A stretch of 64,000 nt of DNA from Eledone cirrhosa (GCA_964016885.1 OZ024754.1:10726001-10790000); one strand, 5' to 3'; positions 1 through 13,859 are shown, counted from the first letter of the stretch. Numbers and translations: made by a program. The notes: a model not told the origin generated them from the sequence alone.

Positions 1-810
1 AGTGGCACCCCAACAATAGGCTGTACCAGTGGCACATCTAGTGTGGCACCTCAGCGACTGGCGGCAACAGTAACACAGAGTGGCACCCCAACAATAGGCT
101 GTACCAGTGGCACATCTAGTGTGGCACCCCAGCGACTGGTGGCACCAGTGGCACATCTAGTGTGGCACCCCAGCGACTGGTGGCACCAGTGGCACATCTA
201 GTGTGACACCCCAGCGACTGGTGGCACCAGTGGCACATCTAGTGTGGCACCCCAGCGACTGGTGGCACCAGTGGCACATCTAGTGTGACACCCCAGCGAC
301 TGGTGGCACCAGTGGCACATCTAGTGAGGCACCCCAGAGACTGACAGCACCAGTGGCACATTTAGAGTGGCACCCCAGCGACTGACAGCACCAGTGGCAC
401 ATTCAGAGTGGCACCCCAATATCTGACGGCACCAGTGGCACATCTAGTGTGGCACCCCAGCGACTGGAGACACCAGCAACACATCTATAGTGGCACCCGA
501 GCGACTGATAGCACCAGTGGCACATTCAGAGTGGCACCCCAGCAACTGGCGGCACCAGTGTCTAGAGTGGCACCCCAACAACTGGTGGCGCCAGTATCTA
601 GAGTGGCACAATTGACACATCTAGAGTGGCACCCCAATGACTGGCTGCACCAGTGACACAGAGTGGCACCCCAACAATAGGCTGTACCAGTGGCACATCT
701 AGAGAGGCACCCCAACGACTGGCTGCACCAGTATCTAGAGTGGCACCCCAACGACAGGCTGCATCGGAGGCACATTTAGAGCAGCACCCCAACGACTGGC
801 TGCACCAGTT
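1..810. repeat. GC-rich minisatellite, ~41-bp unit
   Basis: Unit GTGGCACCCCAGCGACTGGTGGCACCAGTGGCACATCTAGT, with period 41 (121 to 162). Runs off the window start. Confidence 0.95.
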
Positions 811-979
811 GCAGGAACATGATTGACAGGGCTAGTAAGACATGACAGACTAGGAGCGGTATCTAATACTCCTTACAATTAATAATTAAAAACAAAGGAG
901 AGATAGAACGCAAAAAAAAAAGGAAACCAGGAGGCAAAAGAAACATAAATAAGAAAAAAAAAGTGAAAAACAAGGACAA

Positions 980-1420
980 CTATAATTCAACTAAAAGTCT
1001 CTTGAATCTTTTCCTAGCTTCCATATACTGAAAGATCTTGTTTATGGTTGGTAGATCTTTGACAACATATTCTACCTCTAATGTAGTTTTTTAAAGACCA
1101 GCTTTAAGATGTCTTCTCTCTCTCACACTGATAGTTATAACACTGGAACAAATAGTGCCATAGAGTTTCTCGGTAGTCTCCATAACATAGAGGGGATTTT
1201 ATATGGCCTGTTTGTGTTAAAATATAGTTCAATGGTATATGGTCTGTTAGAAGCCAATATAGTTGTTTTTTTTAAACTCCAGATTGAAAATGAAAAGTTA
1301 GTTATTTTACTAAATCCCTCAAAATTCTGGTTTTCAAATTGATTGAAAACCATAAGCAGAGTATTTTATTAGAAGGATACTAATGAATAAATGGCGAATG
1401 TCATCAAATGTTCTCCAGGA
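980..1420 (-). pseudogene. Degenerate LINE ORF2 C-terminus with a CCHC zinc-knuckle remnant
   Basis: An unlisted frame reads LLTDHIPLNYILTQTGHIKSPLCYGDYRETLWHYLFQCYNYQCER, resembling the TGH…SPLC…ETxxHYLxxC motif. Boundaries approximate. Confidence 0.55.
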
Positions 1421-1462
1421 AGAGACACTACAAGTTGACACAAATCTTTACTCTAAGTGTGT

Positions 1463-1463
<1 letters not shown>

Positions 1464-1506
<43 letters not shown>

Positions 1507-1530
1507 GCGAGAGAGCGAGAGAGCGAGAGC
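1464..1530. repeat. (GA)n microsatellite
   Basis: Directly visible. Confidence 0.95.
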
Positions 1531-1865
1531 TTTTACATTAGCAACTAGTACAACATCACAATACATACAATACACATACTTAAATTGAGGAAATTTAAAT
1601 ATTTTCGCGAGAGAGGAGGGGGTGCAGTTATAGTAGTACTAGGTCAAAAATACTACAATGAACTACCAGCTTGTGAAATAACAGAGCTAGGCAAATTGCC
1701 TGTAATAATTGTTGTCAGATAAATCACCATCATAAAACTGATAAATATATATTTGTTATGGTAGGCTTTTATAGAATAGCTGTAATATCTGCTGAACAGA
1801 GGGACATGAAAATAACAAATGCTGTTGGTAAATGACACAAATGTGTAAGTGAAATATAATATAAT

Positions 1866-2051
1866 ATAATTGTTTCTACTTTTGGCACAAGGCCAGCAAT
1901 TACCCAGTACATTACTGGTACTTTATTTTATCGACCCCGTAAGGATGAAAGGCAAAGTTAACCTTGGCGGGATTTGAACTCAAACCATAAAGAGACGTAA
2001 CTATGCTGGAACTATTCCGACTCTCTACCGATACTGCCAATTCACTGCCCC
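1866..2051 (-). mobile_element. tRNA-derived SINE, family A
   Basis: Minus strand has A-box TGGCAGTATCGG and B-box GAGTTCAAATCC, body TTTGCCTTTCATCCTTACGGGGTCGATAAAATAAAGTACCAG, and an (ATT)n tail. Confidence 0.8.
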
Positions 2052-2687
2052 TATAATATGAGTAGTAATGAGTTAGTTATAAACTAGAGAATGCCAGCGA
2101 GAGGCTCCAGAGAGGAGAGAAAGTTTGAAGATGTTTTTTGGTGGGTTTTTTCTTTTTTTCTCTACAACTTAAGCCATGTGTCATCAAGTGAGTACTTTTA
2201 CACGAAGAAGATGAAAGGGGGAAGTAAGGACAACTAACTACAGACATAAGTGTTGAAGTCGACATGACCCAAGTAATGATATTTATAGGGAGGAGGGAAA
2301 AAAAATGAACAAAACAAAAAGTTGTATGTTAGAGTTGAGGAAGAAATGGAGTATTTGATATAGAAATAAATAAATAAAATGTAAAATGAAAGGAATTCAA
2401 ATGAACCAATTTGGAAAACAGGTTACTTTACTGGTTACTGAGAAAGGAGAGTAGGAAAGAAAGAAAGAACATCAAGGAAGACAAAAATAGAATATATAAT
2501 TAGTTGAAAAGAGGAGGGGAGTGAGAGTGAGAGATAAATTACAAGACAAATACAATTTGCAAGCTTGACTAATATATTGACAAAAATCTAAGTTAGGGAA
2601 ACAACAATGAAAAGAATCACCCCAAAAAAAAAAAAAAAAAAATATCTAGCAATTCATGGTGCACATTTCTAAATAAAATAATTTTAA

Positions 2688-2907
2688 CCCTTTAGCATTT
2701 ACATTACTCTATATATACTATTGTATTTTTGTAGTAAAGGCTTGATCTTACATAATTATCTTACATAATATCAAATCTATAAGATTTTGATGTTATATAT
2801 TTTGAGAACAAACCTTTACATCAGTATGAGTGGCCAGTTACAGCCAGTTTCAACAGAAAGAGGTGAGAGAATTCTGGCTGGATATGGCTGGTTTAAATGC
2901 TAAAGGG
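2688..2907. mobile_element. piggyBac-type MITE
   Basis: TTAA|CCCTTTAGCATTTA … TAAATGCTAAAGGG|TTAA. Confidence 0.88.
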
Positions 2908-3109
2908 TTAAAAAAGTGTTTAGAATAAAAATGATTTATTTAGGCACAAGGCCAGCAATTTGTGAGGATGAGAAAATTGACCTATTTGACCCCAGTACTT
3001 TATTTTATTGATCTCGAAAGGATGATTGGCTAAGTTGACCCCAGCAAGATTTGAAATCAAAACGTAAACAGCCAGAAAAATACTGCTAAGCATTTGTTCG
3101 ATGCTCTAA

Positions 3110-3890
3110 TGATTGAACCAACCTCAGTATTTGACTGGAACTTTACTTTATAGAAAGAGGAAATTCAGTTGAGTCACCCTCAGTATTTGGCTGGTACTTT
3201 ATAGGGAGAGGAAATTCAGTTGAACCAACCTCAGTATTTGACTGGAACTTTACTTTATAGAAAGAGGAAATTCAGTTGAGCCAACCCCAGTATTTGGCTG
3301 GTACTTTATAGGGAGAGGAAATTCAGTTGAACCAACCTCAGTATTTGACTGGAACTTTACTTTAGAGGAAGAGGAAATTCAGTTGAGCCACCCCCAGTAT
3401 TTGGCTGGTACTTTATAGGGAGAGGAAATTCAGTTGAGTCAACCCCAGTATTTGGCTGGTACTTTATATGGAGAGGAAATTCAGTTGAGTCAACCCCAGT
3501 ATTTGGCTGGTACTTTATATGGAGAGGAAATTCAGTTGAGTCAAACCCAATATTTGGCTGGTACTTTATAGGGAGAGGAAATTCAGTTGAGTCAACCCCA
3601 GTATTTGGCTGGTACTTTATATGGAGAGGAAATTCAGTTGAGTCAACCCCAGTATTTGGCTGGTACTTTATATGGAGAGGAAATTCAGTTGAGTCAAACC
3701 CAATATTTGGCTGGTACTTTATAGGGAGAGGAAATTCAGTTGAGTCAAACCCAGTATTTGGCTGGTACTTTATAGGGAGAGGAAATTCAGTTGAGCCACC
3801 CCCAGTATTTGGCTGGTACTTTATAGGGAGAGGAAATTCAGTTGAGTCAACCCCAGTATTTGACTAGTACTTTAATTTATGGGGAGAGGA
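3110..3890. repeat. Minisatellite, ~51-bp unit
   Basis: Unit AGAGGAAATTCAGTTGAGTCAACCCCAGTATTTGGCTGGTACTTTATATGG, with period 51. Confidence 0.95.
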
Positions 3891-4574
3891 AGGATGTACA
3901 ACTAATTTCACCTCGAAAGGATTTGAATTCAGAATGCAAAGAGCCAGAACATATGCCACAATGTACCATTTTATCCGATGCCCTAACAATAATGGTTTCT
4001 AATTTAGGCCAGCAATTTGGGGAGAGGAGGAGGGGGGGGTCAATATCAACCCCAGTACTTGACTGATACTTAATATTATCAACCCTGGAAGGAGGCAAGG
4101 CAAAGTTGACCTCTCCATGATTTAGACTAAGAATGTAAAAAGCCCTAACAAATACCACAAAGCCATTTTGACCAAAGCTCTACCAATTTTGCCAATCCAC
4201 AACCCTCATGCCCTAACAATGATTTCTTTCAGGAAAGTTTAGAATTCCCCCATTGCCTAGTTTAACACTGACTTGGCCCTGCAGTGCCTATAGCAGAGTC
4301 CACTTTGTTGCAAATATTCAGATCAGGGTTATAAAGGAGAGAACATTCCCAAATACTTTAACAATGAAACTGAGCCAAGATGACTACAACAAAGTGCATT
4401 CAGTTGTAGTCATTCTACAATAAATCTTATTCAAAAGTATAGTTTATTTTAAACATATGACTAAACAGCACCATTAAAGGAAGTAGAAGTACAATGGCCT
4501 AAGAAGATAGCAACAAATGTGAACTATATATAGATAGACCTACAACTACAACTGAAAATCATTAGCAACCTTAA

Positions 4575-4997
4575 CTCTTTAGCATTTACATTACTCTATA
4601 TATACTATTGTATTTTCACAGTAAAGGCTGCTTTATCTTACATAATTATCTCATATAATATTGAATCTACAAGATTTTGATACTATTTATTTTGATAACA
4701 ATACTTTAATGTCAGTATGAGCTGCCAGTTATGGCCAATTTCAACAGAAAAGGGTGAGATAATTCTGGCCGAATACAGCTAGTTTAAACACTAAAGGGTT
4801 AAACTGGTCATTATCTGGCCAGAATTCTCTCACCTATTTCTGTTCAAATTGGCCATAACCAACTGCTCATACTTATGTTAATTGTTCTCAAAATAAATCA
4901 TATAAAAATCTCAGATTTAATATTATGTGAGATAATTATGTGAAATAAAGAGTTTACCATGAAAATACAATAGTAAATATAGAGTAATGTAAATGCA
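4575..4997. mobile_element. Two piggyBac-type MITE copies in inverted orientation
   Basis: 4575-4798 has TTAA flanks and is followed at once by a reverse-oriented partial copy at 4803-4997. Confidence 0.8.
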
Positions 4998-5310
4998 CAA
5001 TTTCAGTGTGGTTTATCAGAATTTAGTCACAAAAACATTCTCTAATAGTGTAGCTAATCATTAGATACAAATCAGGGCACAAAAAGCTCACATTTTCTTT
5101 GTGATAATTAACTGGTCACACATTTTATAGTGTGGTTCTTATCTGGACCTATTAAAATAGTAAGTTTCTCTTTACTATAGCTGCACTACTTCAAAAACAA
5201 ATCTGAAAAACAAACACCTGAATTTAAAACAACAAAAAAAGTCACTAAAAATAGATAATGTTGTACACAGCTCAAAATTGTTATGGGACAATAAATAGAA
5301 ATTTTCCCAA

Positions 5311-5598
5311 ATGTGTGCATGTGTGCATGTGTGCATGTGTGCGTGTGTGTGTGGTGTGTGGTGTGTGGTGTGTGGTGTGTGGTGTGTGGTGTGTGGTGTG
5401 TGGTGTGTGGTGTGTGGTGTGTGGTGTGTGTGGTGTGTGGTGTGTGGTGTGTGGTGTGTGTGGTGTGTGGTGTGTGGTGTGTGTGGTGTGTGGTGTGTGG
5501 TGTGTGTGGTGTGTGGTGTGTGTGGTGTGTGGTGTGTGGTGTGTGGTGTGTGGTGTGTGTGTGTGTGAGTGAGTGTGTGAGTGTGCGTGTGTGCACAC
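5311..5598. repeat. (TGTGG)n/(TG)n microsatellite
   Basis: Directly visible. Confidence 0.95.
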
Positions 5599-5748
5599 AC
5601 ATTGATAACAGGTCCGTATATGGCATTACCATCATGCAATGAATGTCAGCAACCAGGCAATAGCATAACTTCTTTGGCATACCTAGAGGTTATATGCATG
5701 ATATGAGAAATGACAAGGGATTGAAGACCCTGGAGTTATGATGTAAAA

Positions 5749-6001
5749 CAGGGGTTCTCAAACTTTTGGGGCCTCTGACCCCTCACAGCCATGTAATACC
5801 CTCAGTTACTGCCTATCCACTATGTATAAATATTATATATTTTTTTATTTTACTATATATATATATAGTATCATTTGATATCTAATATACTATTATATCA
5901 GCTCTACCGCCCCACCATCCCCTTAGGCCCCAGTGTCTCCCTTGACCTTCACAATATCACCACCACCCAAGGGGGGGGAGCACCTACTTTGAGAACCTCT
6001 G
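5749..6001. mobile_element. hAT-type MITE
   Basis: TIR CAGGGGTTCTCAAA / TTTGAGAACCTCTG, with an 8-bp TSD ATGTAAAA/ATATAAAA. Confidence 0.8.
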
Positions 6002-6479
6002 ATATAAAATAACCTACTTACAGGACAAACTTCAGGAAACTAGCCAGCCAACTGATCATCTACTGATCAGATGATCAGATAAAGGACACAAGCCATACTA
6101 TATTGTCATTAGGAAATGGGATAGACAAATAGTTAAGAATGCTGAGCCTTTCCCTGGTAAAGAATGTAGCACACAATTTAGACTCATGATTAGTAAAGTC
6201 AAAGTAAAAAGAAGATGAACAGAGAGACACAAAACAGACTGAATGAACCTTTGAATCAATCATAGGATCAGAATTTCTAATTGACACATGACAGTAGGAA
6301 GGATACTTATAACACAGGGGACAACTGAAAGTCTCTATGGGACAAGATGCTAAGGGCTACAAACTGCTTTATGGTCATTGTAAGGATCAGTGATGTGAGG
6401 TGTTCTCAATTGTAAGGCATTGTACTAAATAAAGTGAATCATGACAGTCTGTATGGAATGATAATGGCACACTTGGGGC

Positions 6480-7630
6480 CTTACTGGTGCCAAAAAGAAA
6501 AAGGTATAGAGATGCTCACTATTGTTTGACAGGGAAATGCATGGGAGAAGGGTCCACCATGAGTAAATCCAACAGCAGGGCCAGCCATTGAAATTAACAG
6601 CAGTATGATTGCATGTACAATTAAGAATATGAAGGCAGAAAAAGCAGTTGGTCCATTGCGGAGATGATTAAAATATCTTGTGAAGTGGGGCCTGCAGTAG
6701 TCACTTGAATAGCCAATCAAGAGAGTACAGGAAGGTGTCATAGTATCATCATGAATTGCTACAGAGCAAAGAGGCAACAACAGAGAAATTAAATTGATGG
6801 ACCAGATTATGGAAGATACTAAAAAAGTTATAACACAAGAGACTAGGAAGAGTATTAGCCTAGATAGGGTACAGTTTGGCATATTACCAGGACGAAGTAC
6901 CACTAATACCATCTCCCTTGGTGAAATAAATGCAGAAGTACATAAATAAAAGTCCCTTTACCTTACATTCAGATATGAGGGAAGGCTTTAGACAGGGTCC
7001 CAAGCTCTGTAATCTGATGCTTACATAGAAAATTCAGGGTGGATAAATAGCTATTTATGAACTGTACAAGCAATAGACAAAGGCATAATCAGCAAAGTGT
7101 GAGTAAGCATTGAATACAGTGATAACTCTGGCATTCATCAGGGCTTGGTTCTCTTAGCCCCATCTCTTTGTTATAGTCCACCCGACTATAGCAGGAGCTT
7201 AACACTGGCTGTAGAAACTCATATGCTGACAGGCAAGTTCTATAGAAGATTTAAGAAAAAGCTACAATGAAGAAGCCTTAAAGTAAACTGAGCAAAGACT
7301 AAAATAAATAAAAAAAGAAGTCAGAAGCCGGGAACATTTAGGGAAATATCCAGGCTTGATATACAGAAAAAGAAAGCATATAAATTCTACAGTGTGTCCA
7401 GTGTAAATTATGGATAGAAAAGAATTGTAGTGGGAGCACAGGCAAGTTGGCAGAGATGGTTGACTTTGTATGCAGTAAATGCAGTAGATAGAAGTAAGAA
7501 ATTCCTTTCAATACTCAGATGGCTTACTAGAACTAGCTGAGTTTTTCCTAGCTAAGCAACCTAATTAACAGTGATGGTGGCTGTATTGAAAGTAAAGCAG
7601 ATTGAGTAAATACAGGGTGGAAAATGTGAA
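6480..7630 (+). pseudogene. Degenerate RTE LINE RT fragment
   Basis: Frameshifted remnants read VQFGILPGRSTTNTI, …DRVP… and GIHQGLVL, with traces of the Cys-rich insert near 7340-7490. Boundaries approximate. Confidence 0.65.
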
Positions 7631-8357
7631 GGGCTGGCTATGTTCATAATCTTAGATGGAATACTTTCACATTCCTTAAGTTTCTAATACACTTGAGAAA
7701 GGAACAGTCACAACTAATTAGTTCTTTTTCTCTAAAATTCTAGGCATCACACCTACATATTAAGCTTATGGTCATAATATCCAGCAAACTGGCTTATCTT
7801 TAACACACTGCATAAAGATCAGGATCTTCAGCAATACCCAGAACCACCCAAAGAGCTGTAGAGAGAAAAAATAACACCACTTTTTCACAAAAGCATTAAA
7901 AAAAAACATGTAATGATGTTCTAACAAGGAAAACAAATTACAAGTACTTTTGAAAGTTTGTTGCCAATTTTTACCTACACTTTAATAGAAATATTAACAA
8001 CTTTTGATATAAATAAAACAATCAAAACACAAACAGAATTTTAAAAAACCCATAAAATGAAGGCTTATGTAAGTAATGTCAAATTAATCATCATGATCTA
8101 GTTTGGGATGAGGCCAGTATGTTAACAGCTCTCTATGCTATTCTAGCTTTCTACACTTTGAGTTCATATACTATCAACTTCAACTTTACCTCTCATCCTT
8201 TACAGGGTCAATAAGCAGAACTATCAGTCCAAGACAGCAGTGGACTGGTTCTTCTGTTAGTGTCAGACAAGATGCTTTGCAGTCTATCAACACTATGTTG
8301 CCCTGGGGTGCTATTAGGAGAGTCTACTTTGTTGCAAGCATTTAGGCGAAGCCTTAA

Positions 8358-8563
8358 CCCTTTAGCATTTAAACTGGCCATATCCGGCCAGAATTCTCTC
8401 ATCTTTCTGTTTAAACCAGCTGTAACTGGCCTCTCATACTGATGTTAAGGTATTGTTCTCAAAATAAATAACATCAAAATCTCGTAGCTTCTATATTATG
8501 TGTGTGAAAGCTTTTACCACAAAAATACAATAGTAAATATAGAATAATGTAAATGGTAATGGG
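8358..8563. mobile_element. piggyBac-type MITE
   Basis: TTAA|CCCTTTAGCA … GGG|TTAA, same family. Confidence 0.85.
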
Positions 8564-9921
8564 TTAAGTTTCAGAGGCCCTGAAAAATGTCATGGACAAT
8601 GTCTTTTCCTCCCTAACAAAGCTAAAAAATAAAAAAAAATAAGGATGATCTTGGTTGGCAATTGAATGGCGACAGTATAGGGTAGAGAGGACACTTCGGT
8701 TTTATCAAGTACATAAGCTCTCTTGTGCTGATGCTATGATAAAATGCTCTCAGTACACTCATAAAGTGGTAGTACTGGTAGCATACTAAGATAAAGCTAG
8801 TATACTCTGTAAAGTGGTTAGTATTAGGAAGGGCATCCAGCAATTGAAAAAACAAAATAGATGCAAAAAAAAAAAAACTACAAAATGGGGTTGTCTGACC
8901 ATGATGACCCATCCAACCTATTCCAACATGGAAAACAGGCATAAAATGATGACGATGATGATGATGACCATCATCATCATCATCATCATATGGGTAAACT
9001 AAATAGGATATATGTAACTTAGCACAACTATGTGAATTGAATCTCTAAATAAATATGTTAGAATTAAAAATGTACTGTTTATGAAAATGTCACATTGACC
9101 AAAAGAGAACAACTGTCAAAGGGAAAAAAGAAAAAGATAAATTTTAAAAAAAGGAAGAAAAATAGAGGGAAGAAAGAGGAAGAGAAAAGGGAGAAGAGAA
9201 ATAACTACTTAATTTCTATCTCCACAAAAAGTTCAGTTGGTATTTAACGAAGTAAAACAAGACTCACAAACAATGAAGAAAAACAAACCCTGTTGAGTTA
9301 CAGAGAAGTTCACCATAATCAAGACTTTGGAATAAACTGTCAAATAGACATTTTTTTAAAAAAACCTGTTTGGTAAGTAAAGTAACAGAGTCAACAACAT
9401 CAGTGAATCGTGAGTTGTGAGTTGCTGTAGTTTGGTTGGTTTGGTTGGTTTTGGGGTTTTTGTTCAAGAGAGAAATCTTTACTTGCTTGAGGTTGTGTTG
9501 TATGATTTACTGTACAAATATTTAGAATGCTGAAGAGCAGTACTCTGAAATGGCAGTACAGTTGAAATAATTTACATTACATTATTTTAAAGAAATATAT
9601 TGATTCCTTTCCTATCACTGGCATGCAGCCAGAAAGTTTTAAGGAAGGTGCAGTCAATTATCTCAACCCTAGTTTATTAGTTATAGTGAAATGAAAAGCA
9701 AGTCAAACTCAGCAGGATTTGAATTCAGAATATAAAAAGGTATAACTAAATACGACACATGGTCTATGCTCTACTGATTCTGCTAAGCATTTTACTCATC
9801 TTTAATGCAAGGAATTTAATGTTAAAAATCAGTCAAAATTACAGGGAATCATTATACAAAACTATGATCATCAATTGCTTCAATTTGATTGCAAACAAAT
9901 CTACACCAGGCCAATGCTATG

Positions 9922-12882
9922 CATGAACTCAAGCAAACACCATCCACCAGACACATACAGAACAAGATATAAAGTACAATCAACTCAAGCAAACACCATC
10001 CATAAACCTTAACACCACTCACCAGACACATACAAAACAAGATATAAAGTACAATCAACTCAAGCAAACACCATCCATAAACCTACACTTAACACCACTC
10101 ACATACAGAACAAGATATAAAGTACAATCAACTCAAGCAAACACCATCCATAAACCTACACTTAACACCACTCACCAGACACATACAGAACAAGATATAA
10201 AGTACAATGAACTCAAGCAAACACCATCCATAAACCTACACTTAACACCACTCACCAGACACATACAGAACAAGATATAAAGTACAATGAACTCAAGCAA
10301 ACACCATCCATAAACCTACACTTAACACCACTCACCAGACACATACAGAACAAGATATAAAGTACAATGAACTCAAGCAAACACCATCCATAAACCTACA
10401 CTTAACACCACTCACCAGACACATACAGAACAAGATCATCATCATCATCATCATCACCGTTTTACGTCCGTTCTTCCACGCTAGCATGGGTTAGACGGGT
10501 TGTCCTGTTGTGGGCAGTGTCTGGTCGGCTGACCATGCCTTGCTCATACAGGAACTGATCTGGCTTGATTTCTACAGCTGGATGCCCTTCCTAACACCAA
10601 CCTCATTTACAGTGAGTGCTGGGTGCTTTTTCGTGGCGCCTACACGTCCACTTTACAGTGTGGGCTGGGTGCTTTTTTGCCGTGGCACCTCCACGGCCAC
10701 CTTGCGGTGGGGGGGGGGGCATATTGTTTATATGCTTCAGCATGTACCCATGGGAGGTCGGGTACCCTGTATTACTGCGTGACGCCAGAAGTCACGGTCG
10801 TGTGTCATTGACTTTGAGAGGTGTAGTTGGGTAAGGTCGGCTTTTATCACCTCATCCCAAGTCATCTTGGGTCTCCCCACTCCGCGGTTTCCATCAACTT
10901 CTAGTGCTCTGCACCTTTTTATGCAGCTGTCATCCTTCATACGCATCACATGTCCATACCAGCGTAACCGCCTCTCCTGCACGCAGCATTTGATTCCTCT
11001 TATGCTCAGTCTCTCTCTCAATTCCTTTATGCTTTGTCGTTCACGTATATTACTGTTACACATCCATCGGAGCATGCAGGCTTCGTTTCTCTCTAATCTA
11101 CGTAAGTCTTCCACCTTCAGCGCCCAGGTCTCACTACCATGCAACATCGCTGTTCGGATACACGCATCATACAGTCTGCCTTTCATTCTGAGGGAGAAGC
11201 CTTTTGCAGCTAGCAGTGGTAGTAGTTCCCTAAACTTCTTCCATCCCGTTCTTACCCTAGTTATTGTACTTTCTGAGCACCCACCTCCGTTGCTAATTCG
11301 GTCGCCTAGGTAGCAGAAGCTGTCTACTGTTTCTACAGGGCCCTCCCAGAGATTGGTGGTACTTGTTTCCTGTGGCTGTTTGCTTGCTGTTTCAGCACAG
11401 CTGCTGCATGTGAATCCTACATTCTTAATTAAGCTTCCTGAGATCCCGCTACATCTCTTGTGTACCCATTGTTTGCATTTGGGGCAGAGAATGGAGTTCC
11501 TACCTACACCTTTCCTACATACTGAGCAAGGCCATTTCCCTGAGGGGATCTGGGTTCTGTTTTCTCGTCTACTTACAAGGACCTTAGTCTAGATATAAAG
11601 TACAATCAACTCAAGCAAACACCATCCATAAACCTACACTTAACACCACTCACCAGACACATACAGAACAAGATATAAAGTACAATGAACTCAAGCAAAC
11701 ACCATCCATAAACCTACACTTAACACCACTCACCAGACACATACAGAACAAGATATAAAGTACAATGAACTCAAGCAAACACCATCCATAAACCTACACT
11801 TAACACCACTCACCAGACACATACAGAACAAGATATAAAGTACAATCAACTCAAGCAAACACCATCCATAAACCTACACTTAACACCACTCACCAGACAC
11901 ATACAGAACAAGATATAAAGTACAATGAACTCAAGCAAACACCATCCATAAACCTACACTTAACACCACTCACCAGACACATACAGAACAAGATATAAAG
12001 TACAATCAACTCAAGCAAACAGCATCCATAAACCTACACTTAACACCACTCACCAGACACATACAGAACAAGATATAAAGTACAATGAACTCAAGCAAAC
12101 ACCATCCATAAACCTACACTTAACACCACTCACCAGACACATACAGAACAAGATATAAAGTACAATGAACTCAAGCAAACACCATCCATAAACCTACACT
12201 TAACACCACTCACCAGACACATACAGAACAAGATATAAAGTACAATCAACTCAAGCAAACACCATCCATAAACCTACACTTAACACCACTCACCAGACAC
12301 ATACAGAACAAGATATAAAGTACAATGAACTCAAGCAAACACCATCCATAAACCTACACTTAACACCACTCACCAGACACATACAGAACAAGATATAAAG
12401 TACAATGAACTCAAGCAAACACCATCCATAAACCTACACTTAACACCACTCACCAGACACATACAGAACAAGATATAAAGTACAATGAACTCAAGCAAAC
12501 ACCATCCATAAACCTACACTTAACACCACTCACCAGACACATACAGAACAAGATATAAAGTACAATGAACTCAAGCAAACACCATCCATAAACCTACACT
12601 TAACACCACTCACCAGACACATACAGAACAAGATATAAAGTACAATGAACTCAAGCAAACACCATCCATAAACCTACACTTAACACCACTCACCAGACAC
12701 ATACAGAACAAGATATAAAGTACAATGAACTCAAGCAAACACCATCCATAAACCTACACTTAACACCACTCACCAGACACATACAGAACAAGATATAAAG
12801 TACAATGAACTCAAGCAAACACCATCCATAAACCTACACTTAACACCACTCACCAGACACATACAGAACAAGATATAAAGTA
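9922..12882. repeat. Minisatellite, 80-bp unit, split by an RTE insertion
   Basis: Period 80 (11641 to 11721), with near-identical copies on both sides of 10436-11590. Confidence 0.97.
10436..11590 (-). mobile_element. 5'-truncated RTE-clade LINE inserted into the 80-bp minisatellite
   Basis: (GAT)n tail at 10436-10456. The ORF end reads FCYLGD…KGRLY…MLHGSETW…RRLRWYGHVMR…GRPKMTW. Possible 4-bp TSD AGAT. Confidence 0.92.
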
Positions 12883-12937
12883 AAAATCAATCCAATTCTT
12901 CAAAACCATACCCTAACCCTCCCAGCATAACAGCAAC

Positions 12938-13717
12938 CAACCTGCATCAATTACTACAGGGTGACATGACAACAACCTGCATCAATTACTACAGGGTGAC
13001 ATGACAACAACCTGCATCAATTACTACAGGGTGACATGACAACAAGCTGCATCAATTACTACAGGGTGACATGACAACAACCTGCATCAATTACTACAGG
13101 GTGACATGACAACAACCTGCATCAATTACTACAGGGTGACATGACAACAAGCTGCATCAATTACTACAGGGTGACATGACAACAAGCTGCATCAATTACT
13201 ACAGGGCGACATGACAACAACCTGCATCAATTACTACAGGGTGACATGACAACAACCTGCATCAATTACTACAGGGTGACATGACAACAACCTGCATCAA
13301 TTACTACAGGGTGACATGACAAGCTGCATCAATTACTACAGGGTGACATGACAACAACCTGCATCAATTACTACAGGGTGACATGACAACAAGCTGCATC
13401 AATTACTACAGGGTGACATGACAACAACCTGCATCAATTACTACAGGGTGACATGACAACAAGCTGCATCAATTACTACAGGGTGACATGACAACAACCT
13501 GCATCAATTACTACAGGGTGACATGACAACAAGCTGCATCAATTACTACAGGGTGACATGACAACAAGCTGCATCAATTACTACAGGGTGACATGACAAC
13601 AAGCTGCATCAATTACTACAGGGTGACATGACAACAACCTGCATCAATTACTACAGGGTGACATGACAACAACCTGCATCAATTACTACAGGGTGACATG
13701 ACAACAAGCTGCATCAA
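12938..13717. repeat. Minisatellite, 35-bp unit
   Basis: Unit ACAA(C/G)CTGCATCAATTACTACAGGGTGACATGACA, about 22 copies. Confidence 0.97.
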
Positions 13718-13859
13718 TACACGCATTTTAAAGTCATTTTCCCTGCTAAAGTAAAGCCTTGTGGGCCTTGCTGCAAACTCATCATAAGGTCTTTTTGAGG
13801 CAATATTTTATAACTGGATGGCCTTTCTGGTGTGAACCCTTTCAGACGCCTCTTACGAT

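Noticed and set aside
5175-5680. His/Thr/Pro-rich and Cys/Val/Trp-rich ORFs (also 56312-57054)
   Set aside because: Translations of (TGTGG)n and (TG)n repeats.
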